A stretch of 13,727 bases of DNA from Thermoproteus sp. (lineage in GTDB: Archaea; Thermoproteota; Thermoprotei; Thermoproteales; Thermoproteaceae): assembly GCA_049976425.1 (NCBI GenBank), contig JBMFIG010000033.1, positions 1 to 13,727 on the forward strand, given 5' to 3'. Both the position numbers and the translations under genes were made by a program. Under the pieces are notes generated by a model. The model worked only from the letters and a program-made list of their open reading frames with translations, was not told the origin of the DNA and made no database searches. The first letter of the stretch is position 1; the number at the start of each line of letters is the position of its first letter. Of the stretch, positions 1 through 7,065 are shown piece after piece.

Positions 1-3000
1 ATCTCAAGAAGAGGATTGAAAGTACCGCCGCTACCGCCGCTGGATATTCCTTGTAGTCGACTACATCGGAATCTCAAGAAGAGGATTGAAAGGCTCATGT
101 GGTTGCTGTCCGCAACGTCGACGCCTATGAGGAACTCGAATCTCAAGAAGAGGATTGAAAGAACTACGATCCGCTCGCCGAGGTGGTCAAATACCTCGGC
201 GGGCGAATCTCAAGAAGAGGATTGAAAGAATTGCCAAAGGCACCGAGTATGTCGTCGAGTCCATGGATACCTGAATCTCAAGAAGAGGATTGAAAGTTTT
301 ACCGCATGCCGAGCAAGTCCCAACTCAGGGAGGCCGTAAGAATCTCAAGAAGAGGATTGAAAGTGTAAAGAGGACACGTCCTCGGCCTCCTCCTCAAATT
401 TACGGACCAGGAATCTCAAGAAGAGGATTGAAAGATCATAACCACGCGCCCCTCGGCCAAGGCCTTCTTGATCTCGAATCTCAAGAAGAGGATTGAAAGT
501 CATTTCTATCTGCCTCTTCTTGACGCGCGTCAGCTTGGCCCTGGAATCTCAAGAAGAGGATTGAAAGTGAGGCTATACCGCCAGTGGTCCAACATGGGCA
601 ATTTGAAGTGGAATCTCAAGAAGAGGATTGAAAGTGAAGTGCAAACCATTTTGCAAAAACCCGGCACGCGCCGGGAGTTGAATCTCAAGAAGAGGATTGA
701 AAGCTGACCGCTATAGGCGAGGTCAAGGAGGCGGTGCTGAAGCGTAGCCGAATCTCAAGAAGAGGATTGAAAGTTCGCCAGTCGGAATATGGATGCTAGC
801 TGTGTTGCGATGAAGAATCTCAAGAAGAGGATTGAAAGTGAAGAGGAAGAACCACGGCTGTAGGAGGATCTGGGGGTTCTGTAGGAATCTCAAGAAGAGG
901 ATTGAAAGACTGTACTCACTGCTTCACGGAGGCGCGCCGCCTCCGCGGAATCTCAAGAAGAGGATTGAAAGGTCATTGCCTGTTCCGCCAGCCTGCCCCT
1001 GGCGATTTCGGTGGAATCTCAAGAAGAGGATTGAAAGGGACAAAGAGCGTTGATATTGTACAGGCAGTGGTCCGGCGTAGGAATCTCAAGAAGAGGATTG
1101 AAAGTTGAGGTGTTTGTCGACAGGAGACCCCTCTGGCTGGGCTTCAAGGAATCTCAAGAAGAGGATTGAAAGGGTAAACCTAACGTCCGGCGTACTCACG
1201 CTACAGTTCTCCACCGCGAATCTCAAGAAGAGGATTGAAAGGACAGGTCTGTGGCGCCAGTATCTCAGCGCCGCGGCGCTCAGCGGAATCTCAAGAAGAG
1301 GATTGAAAGAGCGCCGTGCTAGCCACCTGGTAGTGCTGCGAGATCTCGGGAGAATCTCAAGAAGAGGATTGAAAGAGCTGATAGACTACATCGAGTCTGT
1401 CCTCATGCAGAAGAGCCCCGAATCTCAAGAAGAGGATTGAAAGCCGACGCTACTCGACTTCATCTTCGCCGTGTCCTTCGGCGAGGAATCTCAAGAAGAG
1501 GATTGAAAGCGAACTCGTCGAAGTTGAGTATGGCGCCGGTCTTGATAGTGGAATCTCAAGAAGAGGATTGAAAGTTTTGGAAAGTGCTTTCCAAACTCCC
1601 GGCGCGTGCCGGGTTTTTGAATCTCAAGAAGAGGATTGAAAGGTCCTCCTCGTCGACAAGCTGGACAGAGGCAATATAGTGCGGATTGAATCTCAAGAAG
1701 AGGATTGAAAGATCGCCGAAACCAGCCTGTCGATCGGCGCGTACGAACACTGCGGAATCTCAAGAAGGGGATTGAAAGTCGTTGACTATAACAATGATAC
1801 CACCACGCCGCGTCACTTTGTAGGAATCTCAAGAAGAGGATTGAAAGTGCTTTTGCACGGCCGCGGCGGCGGACGCTATCCACGTGGCTATCTGGAATCT
1901 CAAGAAGAGGATTGAAAGCTATGTCGCGCCGCTGATAGCGGTACGCGACCTGCTCGACGTGACGAATCTCAAGAAGAGGATTGAAAGTATCGATATACCG
2001 TACGGTCTTTCAATTATTTCGATCCTCTGAATCTCAAGAAGAGGATTGAAAGATGGCCACAGCTACGGGGAGACCTAGCCGGCGGCTCGGTCTGGAATCT
2101 CAAGAAGAGGATTGAAAGGAACGCTGTGCCTATTGTGTTCAGCGCATTTGCGAATGTGTCGCGGATTGCGACGAGAATCTCAAGAAGAGGATTGAAAGTC
2201 TTCGCGATTCCGTGTAGCGCCTCTATGTCCGCCGCATATAGTTGAATCTCAAGAAGAGGATTGAAAGCCACCGGTGGCGCTTGCTGGACTTCATCGAGAG
2301 CTTCGATACCGCGAATCTCAAGAAGAGGATTGAAAGATTATTGTCAAGTCAGATATAGTTGAGTGCAGTGCGTTGTTCATGAATCTCAAGAAGAGGATTG
2401 AAAGACCGTCTGCGGCGCGGCGATTAAGTAGACCGTCGCGGGAATCTCAAGAAGAGGATTGAAAGTATCGGCAAGGCCGAGAGCTTCCTCTCCGCGGGTA
2501 GGGAATCTCAAGAAGAGGATTGAAAGCAAAGCGTGGCTAGCGTCACCGTGATGCTGGCAACATAGACGGCTATAGAATCTCAAGAAGAGGATTGAAAGCC
2601 TGACTAGGTTCAAGCTGACGCAGGCCGTGAAACTGCCTCCGGCATGAATCTCAAGAAGAGGATTGAAAGTAGTTCTCAAGAAGCAACGGCGCCCACATCC
2701 AGGACATCAGCGAATCTCAAGAAGAGGATTGAAAGGATAAGTCGCCCAGTGAGGTGTTCCGCGAGTCGCTGGCTGAAATTGGAATCTCAAGAAGAGGATT
2801 GAAAGTGCCTGCCTCACAGGCAGGCGGGGCTTCCGGGGAGCCTGGCAACGGGAATCTCAAGAAGAGGATTGAAAGGTCTTCTTAGGTCGAGAAATAAACC
2901 AATTCCCTTTTTTCCTCCATGGAATCTCAAGAAGAGGATTGAAAGTGAGGCACGCCCAGCTTGGGTGCGCCCCGCCGTACCGCGTCTCGAATCTCAAGAA

Positions 3001-3282
3001 GAGGATTGAAAGCAGACGACGTCCGCGCCAAGCGGCGGCGGAGGAGGAGGCGGCGGTGGGAATCTCAAGAAGAGGATTGAAAGTCGCCCCACCGCGCCCT
3101 CAAGAGGGCGTGGCGCATAGCTAAGGGAATCTCAAGAAGAGGATTGAAAGTTGGCGTTAGAAAAACCTTAGTCTATAGGATTATAAACGGAATCTCAAGA
3201 AGAGGATTGAAAGTTTGAAACACTCGATAGCCTCATCTAACGTGTCAAAGTAATCTTGGAATCTCAAGAAGAGGATTGAAAG
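1..3282 (+). CRISPR. CRISPR array, 24-bp repeat GAATCTCAAGAAGAGGATTGAAAG, 49 repeats / 48 spacers in window (continues beyond left edge)
   Basis: Repeats at 1-22 (partial), 69, 138, 205, 273 ... 3127, 3190, 3259-3282, separated by unique 37-56 bp spacers (mostly 41-47). One variant repeat (1755-1778, A1768G). The 3' end ATTGAAAG is the canonical archaeal 8-nt crRNA 5' handle, implying + strand transcription with the leader left of the window. Confidence 0.99.
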
Positions 3283-3314
3283 CCAGGTGGGGAGAGAAAT
3301 CTTAAAGATCTGGG

Positions 3315-3346
3315 AATATGTAATTCTACATATTTGCCGTTACGGC
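3315..3346. other. Two small inverted repeats between array end and cas4 stop (possible terminator/protein-binding site)
   Basis: AATATGTA-attc-TACATATT (3315-3334) and GCCGT-t-ACGGC (3336-3346), in the gap where the array and cas4 transcripts converge. Function inferred only. Confidence 0.3.
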
Positions 3347-3351
3347 GCTGT

Positions 3352-3927
3352 CTAGATCTTCTCTACTTTAGTCGCCTCGACTCCGCACCACTTCCTGTAC
3401 CAACAGCCGGAGCATTTGGCCGGGTGGGGGTTGGGCTGTGGGACCCAGCCTCTGTACATCTTGGCTATCTGCTCCGCTACGTGTAGGACCAGTTGCTGGA
3501 GGTCGCGGGTGTTCCTCACCTCGACGGCCCGCCCGTCCTCGGCGTAGTATATATAGCCGCGGGGCGCGGCTCTGCCGTAGACCGCCTGGGCCGCGGCGAG
3601 GTAGGCCCCCATCTGCGCCTTGTGGTGTAGCGGCGTCTTCCCGGGCCACGCCGACTGCTTGACCTCGAGCGGCGCAGGCCTCCCGCCTATCCAGAGGACG
3701 GCGTCGACGACGCCGCAGAAGCCGCCTCCTTCGAGGCGCCGCTGTCTCTCGACCGCCTCGGCCCCCAGCGCCTTGGCGACCGCCTCGACGGCCTCGTCCT
3801 GGGCCTCCTTCCCCTTCCTCATCCTCTCCGTCGGCGGCTCGGCGGCCCCCGCGACGATGTAGTAGGCGGCTGTGGGGCAGTAGAGGTACTGCCTCACGAG
3901 CGCTGGGTTAATGCAGGGCGACGCCAT
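3352..3927 (-). CDS. cas4: CRISPR-associated exonuclease Cas4
   Basis: 191 aa. N-terminal YLYCP and C-terminal CSGCWYRKWC supply four Fe-S cysteines; RecB-like motifs VDAV...LEVK and QMGAY (QxxxY). Confidence 0.95.
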   Translation of the reverse strand: MASPCINPALVRQYLYCPTAAYYIVAGAAEPPTERMRKGKEAQDEAVEAVAKALGAEAVERQRRLEGGGFCGVVDAVLWIGGRPAPLEVKQSAWPGKTPLHHKAQMGAYLAAAQAVYGRAAPRGYIYYAEDGRAVEVRNTRDLQQLVLHVAEQIAKMYRGWVPQPNPHPAKCSGCWYRKWCGVEATKVEKI

Positions 3928-4183
3928 CGCTACGGGGCGGCGGCTTGCCTATCCTGATCATGCCGTCGAGGGCCCTCTTGTCGACCTTGAGGATTATCAC
4001 GTCGGCGTTGGCCCCCCTCGTTATCCTCCTCAGCCTCTCCGCGAGCTCCTTGACTAAGGCGGGCGGGAGCCTGCCCACGAAGGCCGATCTCTGGACCCGC
4101 GAGAGGCCGAACGCCCTCAGGGCCTCGGCCACCTTGTTCCTCACGTCGTCCTCCGTTATGTCGTACACGACCACTAGGTACAT
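3908..4183 (-). CDS. cas2: CRISPR-associated endoribonuclease Cas2
   Basis: 91 aa starting at ATG 4183: MYLVVVYDITEDD..R.KVAEAL..FGLSRVQRSAF, the classic Cas2 YDI and RVQxSxF motifs. It is the C-terminal part of track ORF 3908..4747. Confidence 0.95.
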   Translation of the reverse strand: MYLVVVYDITEDDVRNKVAEALRAFGLSRVQRSAFVGRLPPALVKELAERLRRITRGANADVIILKVDKRALDGMIRIGKPPPRSDGVALH

Positions 4184-5061
4184 AGCGATCTGGCCAGAGC
4201 CCTCGCCTCTCTGTGTATTTCCGCCGACACGGCCCTCCTCCCGCCTGCGCCGAGCTCCTCCAGCACGGCTGCCGCCAGCTCCAGCCTCGATCCGCGGTCC
4301 AGGAGCCCGCCCTCGGTCTTTAGCCGGGGCGCGGCCCTCGCCACGACGCGGTCGACCCTCGGCCTCCACTGCTCCATGAAGTCCAGCACCAGGGACGGCC
4401 TCCCCGACTTGTCTACGTGCAGGAAGCCGACGTAGGGGTCGAGCCCGGCGAGCGCCAGCGACTTGAAGCAGAGCGCCTTCAGTATCCCGTAGCCGTAGTT
4501 CAGGCCGGCGTTCACGGGATCCCCGCCTTCCTGGTCCCTCCCGGGGAAGCCGGTCACCTCTCTGTACGCGGCCCAGTAGGCCTCGGCCGCCGCGGCCTCG
4601 GCCTCCATGACCCCCCTCGCGTCGCCGGCCCTCTCCAGAGCCTCCAAGGCCCTCCCCACCGCCTCGACGTAGTCGCCGTATCTCGACAGCCTCCTGCGCC
4701 AGGCCTTTATATTCTCCAGCTGTCCTCTCACCTTCCTCCAGACCCACCTCTTGGCCGTCTCCAGCCCCCTGCCGTCGACGGCGGCGGAGTACTGGCAGAG
4801 CCGTTTAGCCCCGGTGGCGTCGCCCACAGGCCTCATGAAGACGCCCAGCAGCTCGCCCCTCCCGTCGAAGACAGCGACCGTCGCGCCCGCCTTGAGGAGC
4901 GCTCTGAGGGCCCTCGTCGATATGGATATGCCGCCCGTCAAGAGCAGGACCTCGTCGACCTCGTGCAGGGGGTACTCCCTCCTCTGCCCGGCCGACTCCA
5001 CGACGAGGAGGCCTTTCCTGGCCCTTATCCTCGCCCCGTAGCTAGCGACCGCGATCTGCAT
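4174..5061 (-). CDS. cas1: CRISPR-associated integrase Cas1
   Basis: 295 aa. Contains MEAEAAAAEAYW, DPVNAGLNYGYGIL, GLDPYVGFLH and SLVLDFMEQWR, so the catalytic E/H/D residues are present. Confidence 0.97.
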   Translation of the reverse strand: MQIAVASYGARIRARKGLLVVESAGQRREYPLHEVDEVLLLTGGISISTRALRALLKAGATVAVFDGRGELLGVFMRPVGDATGAKRLCQYSAAVDGRGLETAKRWVWRKVRGQLENIKAWRRRLSRYGDYVEAVGRALEALERAGDARGVMEAEAAAAEAYWAAYREVTGFPGRDQEGGDPVNAGLNYGYGILKALCFKSLALAGLDPYVGFLHVDKSGRPSLVLDFMEQWRPRVDRVVARAAPRLKTEGGLLDRGSRLELAAAVLEELGAGGRRAVSAEIHREARALARSLCT

Positions 5062-5890
5062 GGCAGATCTCGTAGAACGGGCAGGCCTTGGGGCAGTCGG
5101 GGGCTGGCCCGGGGTCTCTGCCCGACGCCACTATGTCTATCGCCTCGTCTCTGGCCTCGAGGAACTTCTCCCTTGCGGAGTCCCCCAGCGGGTGCGCGGA
5201 CGCTCTGTACTCCACGGACCCGTCGACCGATATCTGGACGTGTATGCCGTAGTCTATGGGCACTCCCCACTCGGCCTCTATGGCCATGGCGTACCCCGCG
5301 AGCGCCGCGTCGACGTTTTGGGACGGGCCGAACTTGAACTCGACCACGGCTCCCAGCGCCACTCCGTCGGCCACCACGTAGCTCAGCCCGAGCGGCGCCC
5401 CGTCGACAGCCACCTGCGTGGCTATCGGAGCCGCGTAGAAGGCGGCCGAGTCCCTCCCCCTGGCGAGCCTAGACGCCGTCACGTGCTGGTGCTCGCCGAG
5501 GAGCCTCGTCGCTATGTGCCTATAGAGGGCCTCGGCCTTCGGCGCGAGCTCCTCCGGCAGGCCCTCAGGCGTGAAGGACATGGGCTGGCCCGCGTAGACG
5601 TACCTCTTGTAGTCCTCCAAGGCCTTGAACAACACGGCGTGTAGCGCCTGGCCCTCGGCGAGGGTCTTGTTGGGGCGCCCCCTCTCGCCGGCCACGTACT
5701 TGAGGTAGAGGTTGCGCCCAGTGGGGCAGTAGCCGTAGGCGAAGTCCGAGAGGGCTAGGCCCAGGTAGGCCGGGGGCTTCACGGGCGGCTTGTCGTAGCT
5801 CCAGCCTCTGAGCTCCGGCGACACCTCGACTTGTCCGTTGGTTATTTTAACGCGCCTCAACAACCTCGCTATCTCGAGGAGGGTTAACAC
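5042..5890 (-). CDS. csa1: Type I-A Cas4-family protein Csa1
   Basis: Probable GTG start at 5890 (282 aa, MLTLLEIARLLRR...). Has ELRGW, YCPTGRNLYL, ADG...VEFK and CPKACPFYEIC. The longer track ORF (to 6328) overlaps csa3 antisense. Confidence 0.9.
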   Translation of the reverse strand: MLTLLEIARLLRRVKITNGQVEVSPELRGWSYDKPPVKPPAYLGLALSDFAYGYCPTGRNLYLKYVAGERGRPNKTLAEGQALHAVLFKALEDYKRYVYAGQPMSFTPEGLPEELAPKAEALYRHIATRLLGEHQHVTASRLARGRDSAAFYAAPIATQVAVDGAPLGLSYVVADGVALGAVVEFKFGPSQNVDAALAGYAMAIEAEWGVPIDYGIHVQISVDGSVEYRASAHPLGDSAREKFLEARDEAIDIVASGRDPGPAPDCPKACPFYEICHADRGR

Positions 5891-5935
5891 AAACTTTCGA
5901 AGATCTCTGGGTATTATCCTTGCCCTGCTACAGGG

Positions 5936-5968
5936 GCAAAGGCTTAAATTGCAGACATCCGCAATTGA
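5936..5968 (+). promoter_or_regulatory. csa3 promoter (BRE/TATA-like) with downstream palindromic operator
   Basis: CAAAGG-CTTAAA (TATA-like 5943-5948) about 26 nt before the GTG, consistent with a leaderless mRNA. It is followed by the dyad AATTGC-agacatcc-GCAATT (5947-5966). Confidence 0.6.
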
Positions 5969-6589
5969 GTGCGGCTGGCCGTCACGGTCGGCTTCGAGTC
6001 GAAGCTGGTCATTAGGGCGATCACCCGGCTGGGGCCTACCAGAGGCGTCGTCTTCCTCCGAGGGATAACGGGTAGGGAGGGCGATAGGCAGTCTGAGGAG
6101 ACCGTGAGGGATCTTGTCAAGATATTGGGCTACGGGGAGGACGTGGCGGTGGATCTCAGGGATTTGGAGGAGGCCTTCGGCAAGCTCGCCGAGATAGACT
6201 TCGACGCTGTGGCGCTTGCGGGAGGCCCCAGGCTTCTGGTCGTGCTTGCTTTCCTCGCGGCCATGTACAAGGGGCGCGGCGTGTACGTAGTGCCCGAGTA
6301 CGATCCCGAGCCTATCGACGTGAGCCACCTGGCCCGCCTCCCCTCCATCTCCGCCCTCTCGCCCACCCGACTGAGGATATTGGCCTCTCTAGACGGCGAC
6401 AAGACCTATAGGGAGGTCGCGTCCGACGTGGGGGTGGACTCCTCGACGGCTCTGCGCCACCTGGAGGGCTTGAGGAGGCTGGGGCTTGTCGAGAGGGCCG
6501 GCGGCAGGTTGCCCAGATACCGCGCGGGGCCCGCCGTGGTGAGGCTGAGCAGAGTGCTGTTGCGTATAAAATCTCGCAGATCCTTGTAA
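5969..6589 (+). CDS. csa3: CRISPR locus transcriptional regulator Csa3 (CARF + winged HTH)
   Basis: 206 aa. N-terminal VTVGF and LAGGPR CARF motifs; C-terminal wHTH (TYREVASDVGVDSSTALRHLEGLRRLGLVER). Sits between the adaptation and Cascade operons. Confidence 0.92.
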   Translation: MRLAVTVGFESKLVIRAITRLGPTRGVVFLRGITGREGDRQSEETVRDLVKILGYGEDVAVDLRDLEEAFGKLAEIDFDAVALAGGPRLLVVLAFLAAMYKGRGVYVVPEYDPEPIDVSHLARLPSISALSPTRLRILASLDGDKTYREVASDVGVDSSTALRHLEGLRRLGLVERAGGRLPRYRAGPAVVRLSRVLLRIKSRRSL

Positions 6590-6592
6590 ACA

Positions 6593-6643
6593 GCCGAATT
6601 CTTAAACGATATTATTGCAGATATCTATATTTAAAAATTCGGC
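6593..6643. promoter_or_regulatory. Cascade operon promoter region with 14-bp inverted repeat and central operator-like motif
   Basis: AT-rich intergenic region. GCCGAATTCTTAAA (6593-6606) and TTTAAAAATTCGGC (6630-6643) form a 13/14 inverted repeat. TTTAAAAA lies about 27 nt upstream of the csa5 GTG. Confidence 0.6.
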
Positions 6644-6656
6644 ATTTCTATAGGTT

Positions 6657-7064
6657 GTGTCAGTACAGTCTAGACAAGCCCAAATCGATATAGTGTCCAG
6701 AGCCGCCGCGGCGGCCAGAATAGCCGTGAACGTCGAGATGGCCTACGACGTGGTCGACGAGCTCGCCAGAATGCCCGAGAAATACCCAGAGCTGTTCGCC
6801 CGCATATCGCGGCTGGTGTCGAAGGTCTTGAGGGATATAGAGAGGGCTAGGAAGGAGCGCGGGGCGGGAGGCGCGGACAAGGATCCCTTAGAGATAGCCT
6901 ACAGGCGCCTCTCGCTATGGCCAAAACTGCTGGAGGAGCTGTTCTCCGAGCTCGAGTCGAGGGACGAGGCCGCTAGGGCCAACATGGTCAAGAAGTTCGC
7001 CGCGCTGGCGGTGGCCCCCGACAGGTTGACGAACAAGGTGTCCGAGATCTTGCAGAGGGGATAG
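6657..7064 (+). CDS. csa5: Type I-A Cascade small subunit Csa5 (Cas11)
   Basis: 135 aa, predicted all-helical, with YDVVDELAR and KKFAALA. First gene of the operon, 1 nt before cas7, as in I-A loci. Confidence 0.82.
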   Translation: MSVQSRQAQIDIVSRAAAAARIAVNVEMAYDVVDELARMPEKYPELFARISRLVSKVLRDIERARKERGAGGADKDPLEIAYRRLSLWPKLLEELFSELESRDEAARANMVKKFAALAVAPDRLTNKVSEILQRG

Positions 7065-7065
7065 T

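Noticed and set aside
59-1393. GACTACATCG shared by spacers 1 and 21
   Set aside because: Only 10 nt with divergent flanks, as expected by chance among about 2 kb of spacer sequence.
1444-1485. Spacer 22 resembles cas8a2 11879-11905 (FAVSFGE vs YALSFGE; 20/27 nt)
   Set aside because: Too many mismatches and no match in the 5' part; not credible self-targeting. No full spacer match to the cas genes was seen by eye.
1755-1778. Single variant repeat (A1768G)
   Set aside because: Isolated point change outside the 8-nt handle, with no propagation to neighbouring repeats.
2674-2683. 10-nt repeat fragment TCTCAAGAAG inside spacer 40
   Set aside because: Short match in a normal-length spacer with non-matching flanks; chance cannot be excluded and it does not look like a degenerate repeat.
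16-3124. Numerous 60-130 aa ORFs in the array (repeating NLKKRIE / ISRRGLK / LSILFLRF)
   Set aside because: These are translations of the CRISPR repeat, not genes.
4184-4747. Long N-terminal extension of the cas2 ORF in the track (279 aa)
   Set aside because: It is an alternative frame of cas1 with Gly/Arg-rich shadow composition; Cas2 motifs start at 4183.
4417-5644. Long plus-strand ORFs (306 aa, 194 aa) and similar antisense or alternate-frame ORFs over the Cascade genes
   Set aside because: Shadow ORFs expected from high GC3 codon usage; no recognisable motifs.
5891-6328. N-terminal extension of the csa1 ORF (428 aa)
   Set aside because: It runs through the promoter region and antisense to csa3; the Csa1-like sequence starts at GTG 5890.
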